A stretch of 64,000 bases of DNA from Octopus vulgaris (GCA_951406725.2 OX597841.1:5828001-5892000), one strand, 5' to 3'; shown: positions 11,329 to 24,154, counted from the first letter of the stretch. Numbers and translations are program-made. Notes: generated by a model not told the origin, from the sequence alone.

Positions 11329-11752
11329 GTTTGTGTGTTTATGTGTCTGTGTTTGTCCCCCTAGCATTGCTTGACAACCGATACTGGTGTGTTTACGTCC
11401 CCATCACTTAGCGGTTCGGCAAAAGGAGACCGATAGAATAAGTACTGGGCTTACAAAAAGAATAAGTCCCGGGGTCGATTTGCTCGACTAAAAGGCGGTG
11501 CTCCAACATGGCCGCAGTGAAAAATGACTGAAACAAGTAAAAGAGTAAGTTGTTTTACACCTACTACACTATTTTTTTTGGGGTTTTTTTTTGCTTTTTT
11601 TGACCGGGTCAAACGCTTTAGTTTGACCACCCCCCCTCCGCACAGGGACCACTGTTCGCTAGTAGTACCAAATATGTAATAGTATATATACTACCTTGCT
11701 GAAACGTCCTGAGCGATCTGATAGTTCAACAGTAGCATATATATACATATAT

Positions 11753-11819
<67 letters not shown>

Positions 11820-11858
11820 TTACTGCAATCGTTGGTTCTGGCTGGTCATAATGCTTAC

Positions 11859-11930
11859 CATTGGCCTTGCGCCGCGATTCTGCTCTTGGCTTCGTAGACG
11901 ACGCACGTGAAGGACACTGAATAACGGATC
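11859..11930 (-). promoter_or_regulatory. Candidate non-coding first exon/promoter of Z1
   Basis: CpG-rich patch with CACGTG and a strong donor AATG|GTAAGC. Confidence 0.45.
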
Positions 11931-12539
11931 TCTTTACTAATGGAGATGCGAATACAGTGTGATTTCGGTGAAGGTTGGGGGAAAAAAAGTCCCGGAACGA
12001 AATGGGTGTAGGTATTCTTTACCTCCGCCGTTTTATTATTGTTATTATTATTATTATTTTTAAGTGTGAAAGGTACATTTACGGAGATGTACTCGCATAG
12101 CAAGTGACCTGATCTGAGATCGTGTGCTACTAATGGAGGTGCCAATACAGTGTGATTTCGGTCAAGGTTGGGGGAAAAAAGTCCCGGAACGAAATGGTGT
12201 ATTCTTTACCTCCGCCGTTTTATAATAAAATGGACCAATTCTCAGGTTTCGCCTGTGATTGAAAAAGGTTTTATTAAAGGAGAAAGGGGCTCTCTACCCC
12301 CCCCTTTTGACCAGGCTCCCGTTGGCTTTTATGGGTTTTTTCCACCAGGAACCTTTCGAAGCCCCCCTATTGGGAGTTTTTTTCATTGTTATAATCTTTC
12401 GTTTTTAAACAGTTTTTACTCGGATTTTTTCAAAAACGGACAAAACCCTTTGTAACCTTTCGTCTTGTTTTGTCCCTTTATGTTTACTAATCATGTGTGT
12501 CAGCCCTTGTGGCCAATAAAAAGAATTAATTATTATTAT

Positions 12540-13072
12540 TTTAAGTGTGAAAGGTACATTTACGGAGATGTACTCGCATAGCAAGTGATTTGATCTGAGA
12601 TCGTGTGCTGGAACGAAAACAATTGCAGCGTGGAAGGTGTTTGTAAGCCATTTAAGAAACACACAAAAGCCGTTCGATTCACTTCAACATTTAAGTTTAA
12701 TTTGTCAAAATATTTTCGTCGCTTTAAGACCGCGACCTGTTCGTTCACTGACAAAAATATTTTGACAAATTAAACTTAAATGTTGAAGTGAATCGAACGG
12801 CTTTTGTGTGTTTCTTGAAAGGTACGTTGAAGTCTACTGAAGAAGTGTTGTCCCGGTGCGCGCACTCGCGTATCCGCGCTAGTTAGTCGTGACTAGTCGA
12901 TCCTACAACGACTACCTAACAAAGTAAATAAAACACAAAACAAATAATTTTTTTTTAAACAAAGTAAATAAAATACAAAAACAAAGTAAGGATCGAGTAG
13001 TCACGACTAGCTATCGCGGATACACGAGTACGCGAGTGCGCGCACCGGGATCACGCTTCTTAAATAGTACCC
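12540..13072. mobile_element. Adjacent foldback/MITE-like palindromic elements
   Basis: Inverted arms 12653-12715/12755-12817 and ~12840-12906/12986-13060. Confidence 0.6.
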
Positions 13073-15147
13073 CAAGGGGGATACAAAAGAAACAAAAACA
13101 AGGCGCGCACTTAGTTTTTAAAATACATAGGATTTCCTGGGGATTTTATTTTCTACAGAGGGGAATTCATATGACTGCAAAAAAATTTTTTTAATTGTGA
13201 TTTAACCGTTAAGTTTCGAATGAGGACGCTTGGGATTTTTTCCAACTATTTTTTGACGCTGGGGTTAAACACACGACCACAAATATTGCCCTAGATTCAT
13301 AAAAGTATTCTCCCATCGTTTTTTTTAATTTTTATGTGGTGCCTTTAAGTGTACCAGGAAATTGTCTAAAATCGGTTCGGATAAGGTGGGAAGTTGGAAA
13401 AACCAAATCGAACTCATGTACAAATGCCGATCCGAAACTTCAACCGTTTTTCGCCATAAATGCTAATAACTTTTATTTTTTTGCAATTTTCAAAGAAAAT
13501 ACGGCACACCTAAAGCAGAATTCCGCCCCTTTTCCTCCAAAAAATGTCCAATTGCATCTGTTTCACAATATGGGAAAAAGGAAAAACTTTTTAATCCATA
13601 ATTCTTATAAACGTCGCCCCCTTTTCACCTCGTACCATCTCGGTAGCCATCACCATTTCACAGATTTTCTCCTCACTTTTGTTAATTAAGACAGGTATCA
13701 ACGTTTGAAAAATTATAGATTAAAAATTTTTTTTTTTTTAAATTTTGAATAAGTCACCTTCATCCATAAATTTCTAAGTGCGTAGGTGCAAAAAAAAAAT
13801 TTGAAAAATCCTGGCAAAACCTGTTAAAAACCAACTTTATGAGTCTCCCTCCATAAGTTACGTTTAATTCGCAAACTTTTTTTATCATCATTTTTATCGA
13901 ATTTCGTGCTTTAAAACAATTCTAATTATGAAATAAAATTTCCAAAAAAAGTCTTAAGCATTCCTATTTCATCGCATCTTTCATGATTAAAATGTAATTT
14001 CCCCCCCGTTTTCTCTCTATTTTTATTTCTTTGTGTGCGCGTGTTCATACCTTCAGAACAGAAATGACATTCATTTAAAATATAGAAATATTAATTAAAC
14101 ACATCTTTACAAAATACACCAAGATTTCTTGTGTTCTTTACTTTCCATATAAAAAAAAAAGATGGCTTAATGTGTGGGAGTTCCAATTTAAGCAGGTGTG
14201 GGCCTGCTTTGAATAATATGTCGGTGCAATCTGTAAACGTTTGTGTTCACACATGCCTAAGTGCACGGATGTACGTGTGTGTGTGTGTGATGGTAAATTA
14301 ATGTATGTATATTTGTGAATATATGTGTGTGTGTGCGCTCCATACGTTTATGTGTGTTGTACCATCGAAATACCGAGTGAAAGGAACTGCAAAATGATCC
14401 TAAGAACGATTAGATTTGATTAATTGAAAATTAGGAAAGTCAAAAAGGAACTTGAGAGACGATACGGGGATAATATTGGAGGACTATGTAGAGTTTATTT
14501 CGATTAGGTAAGAGGGTAAGTAAATGATGTGGACCGCCCCGGTTGATGACTCATTTTCACCCTTATTGTTTTTGTGGTGTTTTGTGTCCCCAGTGTATTG
14601 TAATGTCTCCTCTATGTAAGACCTTTATGGTTAATTTAAAAAATCCCCGTACGTTTAAGAGTGTATACGTGTGCATTTATATGAGCGAGAAGTCAGAATA
14701 TTTTATTTTATTCAGATATATCGGGATTACTTAGCACAAACGATTTAAAAAGAAAATGCATATTTCATGCTGAGATAAATATTCCAAATAAATACGTACA
14801 TTTGGTTAGGATGTTGAACTGATAAGGGCAGAAGGGCAAATGAAGGAGTTATTCGTTCATTTAGTCGGCAATTAAAATCCATTTCCTTTTCTCCTTTGCT
14901 TGGTAGAGGACAAAGAAATCCACGACCTGTTTTAGTCCGGCGCACGAATGCTTAGACCGCCGCAGCGGAGGTAGAAGTGGTAGAACAACGATCCCAAGTA
15001 GGTCACACACCCACAAATGAAACAGACATGTACAGTAACACAGAACCTGGTTTATAATTAGGGTTACTCTGAAAGACAAGTGCTCGGTGTAGATGGCAGT
15101 TTTTACCCCGCCTACAAAAATACCGGTAATGAGGGTTAATAATTTCG

Positions 15148-15959
15148 GATCTTTTCGGTTTGAACGGCAGTTTTTTTTTTAATAATTTCCACGTAACTAA
15201 ATACTTTTAACAATTGCAGCGTGGAAGGTGTTTGTAAGCCATTTAAGAAACACACAAAAGCCGTTCGATTCACTTCAACATTTCAGTTTAATTTGTCAAA
15301 ATATTTTCGTCGCTAAAATCCGCGACCTGTTCACTGACAAAAATCCATGCTGCAGGTCGCGGATTTTAGCGACGAAAATATTTTGACAAATTAAACTTAA
15401 ATGTTGAAGTGAATCGAACGGCTTTTGTTTGTTTCTTAAATGGCTTACAAACACCTTCCACGCTGCAATTGTTTTCGTTCCAGCACACGATCTCAGATCA
15501 AATCACTTGCTATGCGAGTACATCTCCGTAAATACTTTTAAACTTTGTATACTGGTAGAATGTGTTTATACACCCTTTCCCCCACCCTAGTTACGTGGAA
15601 ATTATTTCAACACAATTTCTAGTTAACTAAACGCTTTTAAACTTCGTATACTAGTAGAATGTGTCAAAATAAAACATTTTTTCTCTTGGATTTCTTGAGA
15701 AAATTGTAATTTGTAAGTTTAATTTTTCGAATTTTAACCAATTAGTTTCAGACGCGGCAAATGATTTTAGTTCAATAGAGGCAATTGATTGGTTAAAATT
15801 CGAAAAATTAAACTACGTTAAACAAACAAATTACAATTTTCTCAAGAAAGCCAAGAAAAAAATGTTTTATTTTGACACATTCTATCAGTAAACGAAGTTT
15901 CAAATTGTTTAGTTAACTAAAAATTGTGTTGAAAACTGCCGTTCAAAAGGAAAAAATCC
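15148..15959. mobile_element. MITE (GGATCTTTTCGGTTTGAACGGCAG TIR family) with nested ~260 bp palindrome
   Basis: TIRs at both ends. Arms 15211-15329 and 15353-15471 are near-perfect inverted repeats. Confidence 0.7.
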
Positions 15960-16059
15960 AAATCATTTCGTATTTACACGTATTTATGTTATTTTTCGTT
16001 TTAGATACCTTTTTCACTTTTAATTAGAGCTTTTAATAAGTTTTAATTAGCAGCCCCGC

Positions 16060-16202
16060 TTCTCCCTCTATCGGAGAATAAGAGAAATACATGAGATATA
16101 AAGGGGGAACAACTTCGTACGGTGTACAACGGACATCAATTAACGAGTTCGTTATAGTTTGCTAATCGGTTATTCCCTGATTCCGTGTGAGGAACGGTAA
16201 GT
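16060..16202 (+). promoter_or_regulatory. Promoter and non-coding first-exon cassette of Z2
   Basis: CTCCCTCT...GAAATACATGAGA-TATAAAGGGG (16097) and donor ACG|GTAAGT at 16196/16197. Five homologous copies in the window, each oriented toward an MSQEK exon. Confidence 0.75.
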
Positions 16203-16603
16203 CGGCGAAGATTTACTTGAATAATATTAAATCTGTAATTACGTTTGTAAATAATAGAATTGTTATTACGTGGAACCCTTTCTACGATCCAGTAATTCTA
16301 TTCAAGGGAAAACACATAATTCATGGTGAAACGACATAAAAGCGGGATAAATTATTTTATGTACCAGGATATTATCGCTTTTACTGCCCAAAATGCTAAA
16401 TTCTTGTTAATCGGGCACTATGAGTCTATGTATAAAATATCTGTCTGTCTGTGAATGGTGAAGTCGTGAGCGGAAACTGTCATGAAGCCGGAGAATTGAA
16501 CTTTCTCTTTCTTTGTCGTTCATCGAGCGTTAATGTCTGGTTTCCGTAGATTCTGGCCAGATATATGAGGAGAGTAAGCATACACGTTCGGGCTAGAATT
16601 TCT

Positions 16604-17025
16604 GGAGCTTTTCGGTTTGAACGGCAGTTTTTTCTAGCGGTGTCATATGAATTTGTCACCCATAATTATGACCCTAGTATCGATCTATTGCATTTTAATC
16701 TGTTTTAGGGTTAGGGTTAGTTGGGGTGAGGGGAAGGGTATCTTTTTTTCTTCACAAATGTAAATAAACCCAATCTTAAACGAGGGACATATTCATACGG
16801 CACAGAATGTTGTTGTTTTTACCTCAATAGACGTCATTGATTGGTTAAAATAGCAGAAATTGAAGAAGAAAAAACAAAAAAATATTTTACAAACCATAGA
16901 ATTTTCTCAATAAAGCCAAGAGAAAAAGATGTTTTATAAACACATTCTACCAGTATACGAAGTTTAAAAGTGTTTAGTTACGTGGAAATTGTGTCTAAAA
17001 CTGCCGTTCAAACCAAAAAGATTCA
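16604..17025. mobile_element. MITE, GGATCTTTTCGG TIR family (also 25102-25517, 30779-31185, ~43255-43706)
   Basis: ~30 bp TIRs and a shared ~400 bp body. Confidence 0.8.
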
Positions 17026-17139
17026 AATAGTGTAATATGTGTAAAACAACTTGCTCTAAACGAATATGACAAAAAAAAAATGCACATTGTGAATTTCCAA
17101 AAGCTGATGATTGGGCACTAATGTGGTGGAACTGATCTT

Positions 17140-18000
17140 CAAGGGGAAGTTATTGGAGCGTGCAATGAAGATTGTGGAAAGGGTGTTGGAGAGGAGAATC
17201 TGGAAGGAGGTGGATGTGGACATGATGCAATTTGGTTTTATGCCAGGAAAGAGGACAATAGTTAATTAATTTTTTGGCTCAAAAAGCAAGGCCATGTAGT
17301 TATGTATAGGGTGGTTTTCATGTAAAGAATTCAGGCCACTTGTGGTCAAGGGAGACTTTGAACTGAGCGGTCGTCGGCATCTTCACCATCTTGTCCAGCA
17401 GCTTATTCCACGGATCCGCAACCCAGACGGAGAAAGCCCCTCTCCTTCGATTGAGATGAAATCGTCACAGATAGAGCTTTTCGGAGTGACCCGAAAATAG
17501 ATGCAGTGTTCATTGTAAGAGGAATGCCGATATAAGAAGGTGTTGCATATGTGCATCGTTGATCAGGAGAAGGCATTGATAGGGTTCCAAGGAAGGTGAT
17601 TGACTGGGCATTGAGGAAGAGAGGTGTACAAGAGTTAATAGAGAGAGTAGTGATGAGTTTGTACGAAGGGATAAAGACCAGAGTTAGAATTGGATCAGGG
17701 CTGTCAGAGGCATTTGCAGTGAAAGTTGGTGTGCATCGGGGATCTGAATTGTCACCATTGTTGTTTGAAACTGTGGTTGATGTGGTGTTGGTGGGTGCAA
17801 GAGAGGGATTGATAATGGAGATACTGTGTGTGGATGACCTGGTTCTGATGAGTGAGACAATAAAGGGATTGAGGGAGAAGTTTTGGAAATAGAAGGAAGC
17901 GTTTGAAAGCAAGGGTTTGAAGGTAAACTTTGGGAAGACAAAGGTGATGGGGAGCGGGGTGGAAAGAGAAGTGTTAGTAAGGTGGATCCATGTGCAGTAT
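17140..18000 (+). mobile_element. RTE-clade LINE RT fragment interrupted by a CR1-like 3' fragment (17262-17495, minus)
   Basis: MKIVERVLERRI...QFGFMPGKRT|IDAVF...VKVGVHRGSELSPLLF...CVDDLVL. The insert is flanked by an AATAG repeat and matches 20349-20590. Confidence 0.85.
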
Positions 18001-18565
18001 GTCTTTAAAATCCCATTGGTATTCCACAACCAACATAGTGGTGATGTTGGCTTTAGTACTGATCTATTGTTTTTAATCTCTCTTTTTCGAAATGACCTCT
18101 TATATCTGACACTGTTGTTTCTCTCTTTTATTTCAGAGACTATCACTGGACATTGGCGCCAAAGCATTGTTTCCATCAGAGAACATCGTCAATATTCATC
18201 ACTTTTTGAAAACTGAAAGAAAATGTTATACAGAACAGATTGAAGAACTCCAAAGAATTCCAGTGAAATATTTCTTCTCGGCTGAGATTGATAGAAACAT
18301 TTCTCTTGTGAAATACTTGGAATGTCCACAAAATTATTTTGTACTGAAGTTAAACTTGGATAATTATTGAAAGGAATCTCAGAGTATTTTCAGACACCAA
18401 GAAGGATTACAGTTGATGGAAAGAAAACTGTGGCAATATTTATTAGGAATAATCTGTAGGACAAGAACAAAAACTGTGTCCACATGTGTTGTGGTGATTG
18501 AAGTAAGATAAGGGACAAACTGATTATATAGGATTAGTTGAAGAGGACATTTTTATTCTGAAGAG

Positions 18566-19597
18566 ATGTCACAAGAGAAACCACAATCAGCTTTTCAGTG
18601 TGATATCTGTGAAAAGATTTTCACTCAGAAACGTAATTTGACCACTCACAGGCGTATTCATACAGGAGAGAAGCCATTTCAGTGTGATATCTGTGGTAAA
18701 TCATTCCCTCGAAATAGCCATTTAGCTGTTCACAGACATATTCATACAGGGGAGAAGCCATATCACTGTGATGTTTGTGGCAAAACATTCTCTCAGGTAA
18801 CTGCCTTAACTGTACACAAACGTATTCATACAGGGGAGAAGCCATATCATTGTGATATCTGTGGCAAATCATTCTCTTATAGTAGTGATTTAACTGTACA
18901 CAAACGAATTCATACAGGAGAGAAGCCATATCATTGTGAGGTCTGTGGTAAATCATTCTCTGGAAGTAGTTATCTAACAGTACATAAACGTATTCATGCA
19001 AGAGAAAAGCCATTTCACTGCGATATTTGTGGTAAATCATTCTCTTTTAATAATGGCTTCATTAATCATAGTCGTATTCATTCAGGAGAAAAACCCTTTC
19101 GCTGTGATATCTGTGGCAGATCGTTCTCCCTGAGCAGCAGCTTAACTACTCACAAACGTATTCACACAGGAGAGAGGCCATTTCACTGTGAAATCTGTGG
19201 TAAATCATTCTCTGCAAACAGTACCTTCATTACACACAAGCGTATTCATACAGGAGAGAAACCCTATCAGTGTGATGTCTGTGATAAATCATTCCCTTAC
19301 AATACTAGCTTAATTGATCACAAACGAACTCATACAGGGGAAAAACCATTTCACTGTGATATCTGTGGTAAATCATTCTCCTACAGACATGTCTTGATTA
19401 ATCATAAACGTACTCATACAGGAGAGAAGCCATTTCGATGTGATATCTGTGGTAGCTCATTCTCTCAAAGTTTCCAAATAATTCATCATAAACGTATTCA
19501 CACAGGAGAGAAGCCATTTCACTGTGATTTCTGTGGTAAATCATTCTCTCAAAACTCAAACTTAACTAAACATATGGCTATCCATACAAAAGTGTGA
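18566..19597 (+). CDS. C2H2 zinc-finger protein, 12 fingers (MSQEK subfamily; Z2)
   Basis: 343-aa ORF. Acceptor TTTCAG|AGAC at 18136/18137, 429-nt leader, AATAAA at ~19645. Confidence 0.95.
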   Translation: MSQEKPQSAFQCDICEKIFTQKRNLTTHRRIHTGEKPFQCDICGKSFPRNSHLAVHRHIHTGEKPYHCDVCGKTFSQVTALTVHKRIHTGEKPYHCDICGKSFSYSSDLTVHKRIHTGEKPYHCEVCGKSFSGSSYLTVHKRIHAREKPFHCDICGKSFSFNNGFINHSRIHSGEKPFRCDICGRSFSLSSSLTTHKRIHTGERPFHCEICGKSFSANSTFITHKRIHTGEKPYQCDVCDKSFPYNTSLIDHKRTHTGEKPFHCDICGKSFSYRHVLINHKRTHTGEKPFRCDICGSSFSQSFQIIHHKRIHTGEKPFHCDFCGKSFSQNSNLTKHMAIHTKV

Positions 19598-20344
19598 CTA
19601 TGTTAGCATGAAAATTCATTGCAACACTTTAACATCTTTTCTCAAATAAATCACAATTTAGTCCTGTGGTCTTAACAGTAATTTGTAAAGCCTTCACTCT
19701 GATCATACTTATCATGGTTCTTTTTCCGACCACATTCTCTATTTCTAGCCCTTTTGAAAGCCTTTACAACATACAGAGTTGTGATGTTCTGTTTATATCC
19801 AGTTTTATTCCAGTTTATACTGTCAAAATTGGTTCTAGAAGTCTTTGCTTTATATAACCATAAATAGAAATCATCATCATCATCATTATTTAACGTCCGC
19901 TTTCTATGCTGGCATGGGTTGGACGATTTGACTGAGGACTGGCAAACCAGATGCCTGCACCAGGATCCAATCTGATCTGGCAGGGTTTATACAGCTGGAT
20001 GCCCTTCCTAATGCCAACCACTCCAAAAGTGTAGTGGGTGCTTTTACGTGCCACCAGCACGAGGACCAGTTTGGTGGTACTGGCAACGGCCATGCCCAAA
20101 TGGCGCTTTTTACGTGCCACCTACACAGGAGCCAGTCCAGCGGCACTGGCGACGACCTCGCACGAATGTCTCACATGCCACCAGCACAAGTGCTAGTAAG
20201 GCGACGTGGAATGGTGTGTTTAACGTGCCATCGGCACAAAGGCCAGCTTTACAACCATAAATGTATTCGCACGTGACTGAAAATGTAGCAGCACCCAGCA
20301 TTAGACTGAGTATCTTCCCTTTGTCCTCCTCGGTAGTTCGTTCG

Positions 20345-20800
20345 TTAGTTAATTTGGCTCAAAAGCAAATAGCAAGGCCATGTAGGGGGACATGGAGTTA
20401 TGTACAGGGTGTTCATGTAAAAAGAGTTCAGGCCACTTGAGGTCAAGGGAGGCTTTCAACCGAGCGGTCGTCGGTATCTTCACCATCTCGTCTGGCAGCT
20501 TATTCCACGGATCCGCAACCCGGATGGAGAAAGCCCCTCTCCTTCGATTGAGATGAAATCGTCGCAGATAGAGCTTTTCGGAATGACCCCGCAGCCGACG
20601 CTCTGGAGCAGGAGTGAAGAACAGCTCTTTCGAGAGGTTACACTTTCCGCTTATGATGCTGTGGGCGAGAATGAGATCACCACGGCGGCGGCGTTTATCA
20701 AGAGAACAAAGGTCGAGCGTCCTCAGCCTTTCTTCATAGGACAAATTTTTGAGACCAAGAACCATGCGGGTAGCCAGCTTCTGGACTCTTTTGAGATGCT
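20345..20800 (-). mobile_element. CR1-like LINE 3' end
   Basis: LSYEERLRTLDL.SLDKRRRRGDLI...FSIRVADPWNKLP is a typical CR1 ORF2 C-terminus. Confidence 0.85.
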
Positions 20801-21320
20801 TAACTCCAGTTAAGGAGGATCTTGGTTTCTCTCCAGTTGAACTGCTTTATGGTGCTCCTTTGTCTTTGCCAGGAGAGATGCTTGTCCCTGTCGATTTGGA
20901 TTCACAGGACCCTAATCTTTGTCAATCTTTTGCGTTCCTGCTTTCAAGTATTACCTCTCATGAACACTCAACATCAAGCAATCAAATCCTCCGTCCCGAA
21001 GAATAGTACATTGTGGACTCATGTTTTTAAACGTAATGACTCTATGAGAAGTCCTCTCACTCCCCCTATTCAGAACCTTATCGTGTCCTCTCTTATAATG
21101 ATAGATATTTCACCATTGACATTAAGGGTTCTGGACAGACAGTCTCAGTTGACTGACTTGAGTGGGCATTCAGACACTGATACGCCTGAACCTCACATTA
21201 CCCATTCCTACGCAGCACAACGCAAAACAAATGCACCATTGCACTCACCGCAAGTTCAATCACACGACAATCCACAGTGGTTGCCGTGTCCATTGCCCCA
21301 GAAAGCTGTGCAAAACTAAG
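20801..21320 (+). mobile_element. Gypsy LTR-retrotransposon integrase C-terminal relic
   Basis: TPVKEDLGFSPVELLYGAPLSLPGE...HVFKRND...PLTPPYSEPYRVL (GPY/F-like), frameshifted. Confidence 0.8.
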
Positions 21321-21826
21321 ATACGAGGACATAAACACACCAACATCGGTTGTCAAGCAATGCTAGGGGGACAAACACAGACACACAAACACACATATAT
21401 ATATATATATACGACAGGCTTCTTTCAGCGTCCGTCTACCAAATCCACTCACAAGGCTTAGGTCGGCCCGAGGCCATAGTAGAAGACACCCAAGGTGCCA
21501 CACAGTGAAACTGAACCCGGAACCATGTGGTTCATAAGCAAGCTACTTACCACACAGCCACTCCTACTGAAAGCTACAAAATATGACTGTAACAGAACCT
21601 TGTTCAATTGATGACAACCACTTGGAATTTTGTTAAATTTTCATTAATTTATTTGCAAAAAAAAAACAGGTATAACACCCTGGCAACGCCAGGATGCATT
21701 CCTATTAAAATATATAAATATTTGACGTTTTTTGTTTGTTTTCTTATATTATTTTCTTAAGTAGCAGAGAAAAGAGGTGAGAGGGGGGATGTATACCTTT
21801 ATAATATATTACACTTATACATATAT

Positions 21827-22240
21827 ATTGGGTCATCCCATTAATAATGCAGTTTTTTTATACTTCTTTATTTTCAAAATTAAGATAAACAAAGCTCTTT
21901 CTTAATTGAAAATATATTCTCTTTCACTTTCTACAATGCTCTTCCATCTATCTGATAGAATTGCTGGGCCCCGTCTTCCAAAATTCACTTGTCCCTGACG
22001 AAAAATACTCCTCCATTAACGTTCTGACATTGTTTACAGAATTCATGTCTTCTCTGTGAAATAAACCATAATTAGATGGGACCAATGTCTGGTGAATATG
22101 GTAGTTGGGGCATCGTTTCTTATTAAAACTGCTCCAGCCATTGCAATATATCATACGCACTCTGTGTGGCCAAGCATCATCCTGATGGAAGAAAACCTTT
22201 CGTCTTGAAACCAAAGATGGTCATTTATCTTCCAATACTG
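21827..22240 (-). mobile_element. mariner transposase 3' relic with TIR (related fragment 38000-38185)
   Basis: VFFHQDDAWPH...PYSPD-like motifs and TATTGGGTCATCCC terminus. Confidence 0.75.
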
Positions 22241-22620
22241 GCAGCGAATACTGAAGGTGTTTGTTTGTTCGTTTGTTGAGTGAAGTGGTCTTCGTCCCAG
22301 TGTAGTGGGAGAAGTCCAAACATGGTCCTTTGCTATTCATAAGACCCGCAGAAGAGAAAGCAGGTCAACCGCTAACACCGAGACCATCGGCGGATGGATG
22401 AAAGCGCATCCAGGCTAAGCGGTTGTGTAGGAAGTCGGGTTACAGAAGCTGCTCACAGTAGATCTCCTTTGTTATCATTTGGTTTGGGTTTCAAACTTCA
22501 AAGTGGACTAAACCTTTCATATCCCAGCAAACAGATAACAACATGATATGGCTACTCTCCAGTACAAGAATGTTTGTGTGCAGTTACTTGTCTTCTTCGA
22601 TGGAATATTAACCACAGATG

Positions 22621-23412
22621 TTAGTTAAATGGCTTCTCTCCTCTATGAATACGTTTGTGTCTAGTTAAGTTAGAGCTTGCAGAGAATGTTTTGCCACAGA
22701 TATCACAGTGATATGGCTTCTCCCCTGTGTGAATACGTTTGTGTACAGTTAAGCTGGATATCTGTGAGAACGATTTGTCACAGATATCACACTGAAATGG
22801 TGTCTCGCCTGTGTGAATACGTTCATGAACAGTTAAGTCAGTTCCCCGAGAGAATGATTTGTCACAAATATCACAGTGAAATGGCTTCTCCCCTGTATGA
22901 ATACGCTTGTGTTCAGTTAAGCCGGATAATTGAGAGAATGATTTGCCACAGATATCACAGTGAAATGGCTTCTCCCTTGTATGAATACGTCTGTGTACAG
23001 TTAAGGCAGTTATCTGAGAGAATGAATTACCACAAACATCACATTGAAATGGCTTCTCCCCTGTATGACTACGTTTGTGTGCAGTTAAGACATTCCCATG
23101 AGAGAAGGATTTACCACAAATATTACAGTGAAATGGCTTCTCTCCTGTGTGATTACGTTTGTGAACTGTTAAGCTATACACTCGTGAGAATGATTTGCCA
23201 CAGACATCACAGTGATATGGCTTCTCTCCTGTGTGAATACGTTTGTGTGCAGTGAAGCCAGATAATTGAGTGAATGATTTGCCACAAATATCACAATGAT
23301 ATGGCTTCTCGCCTGTATGAATACGCCTGTGAGTATTTAGATTACATTTCTGAGTGAAAGTCTTTTTACAGATATCACACTGAAAAGCTGATTGTGGTTT
23401 CTCTTGTGACAT
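22621..23412 (-). CDS. C2H2 zinc-finger protein, 9 fingers (MSQEK; Z3)
   Basis: 263-aa ORF. Conserved acceptor at 23841/23842 and 429-nt leader. Confidence 0.93.
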   Translation of the reverse strand: MSQEKPQSAFQCDICKKTFTQKCNLNTHRRIHTGEKPYHCDICGKSFTQLSGFTAHKRIHTGEKPYHCDVCGKSFSRVYSLTVHKRNHTGEKPFHCNICGKSFSHGNVLTAHKRSHTGEKPFQCDVCGNSFSQITALTVHRRIHTREKPFHCDICGKSFSQLSGLTEHKRIHTGEKPFHCDICDKSFSRGTDLTVHERIHTGETPFQCDICDKSFSQISSLTVHKRIHTGEKPYHCDICGKTFSASSNLTRHKRIHRGEKPFN

Positions 23413-24009
23413 CTCTTCAGAATAAAAATGTCCTCTTCAACTAATCCTATATAATCTGTTTGTCCCTTATCTTACTTCAATCACCACAACACATGTGGAC
23501 ACAGTTTTTGTTCTTGTCTTACAGATTATTCCTAATAAATATTGCCACAGTTTTCTTTCCATCAACTGTAGTCCTTCTTGGTGTCTGAAAATACTCTGAG
23601 ATTCCTTTCAATAATTATCCAAGTTTAATTTCAGTACAAAATAGTCTTGTAGACATTCCAAGTATTTCACAAGAGAAATGTTTCTATCAATCTCAGCTGA
23701 GAAGAAATATTTCACTGGAATTCTTTGGAGTTCTTCAATCTGTTCTGTACAACATTTTCTTTCAGTTTTCAAAAAGTGATGAATATTGACGATGTTCTCT
23801 GATGGAAACAATGCTTTGGTGCCAATGTCATGTGATAGTCTCTGAAATAAAAGAGAGAAACAACAGTGTCAGATGTAAGAGGTCATTTCGAAAAAGAGAG
23901 ATTCAAAACAATAGATCAGTACTAAAGCCAACATCACCACTATGTTGGTTTTAGAATACCAATGGGATTTTAAAGACTGTGCCTCTCAAAACATGTATAT
24001 GTACATATA

Positions 24010-24154
24010 TATAAGGTTGTCCCAAAAGTTCGTAGAAAGTCTTGGAAAATAATGGTCTTTATATTGAGGAATAATTTTTGCTGTTTTTGTTAGTACTTGG
24101 CGAGTTAAAATTAAATTTTCGCAAGTGTTTGCGAACTTTTGGGACAACCTAATA
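24010..24154. mobile_element. Tc1/mariner-type MITE
   Basis: TATAAGGTTGTCCCAAAAGTTCG...CGAACTTTTGGGACAACCTAATA TIRs. Confidence 0.7.

Noticed and set aside
16706-16722. TTAGGG repeats
   Set aside because: Two to three units internal to a MITE, not telomeric.
18167-18370. Recurrent MFPSENIVNIHH ORF in all six leaders
   Set aside because: Starts at TTG, ends at different positions in different copies and is not joined to the ZNF frame. Recurrence is explained by leader duplication.
19580-19597. C-terminal TKV as a PDZ-binding motif in Z2 and Z4
   Set aside because: Paralogs have KKV and IKV. It is most simply a shared truncated linker.
22255-22480. GC-richer, hairpin-prone segment, possible LINE 5' UTR or HDV-like ribozyme
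   Set aside because: I could not fit the nested double pseudoknot by eye.
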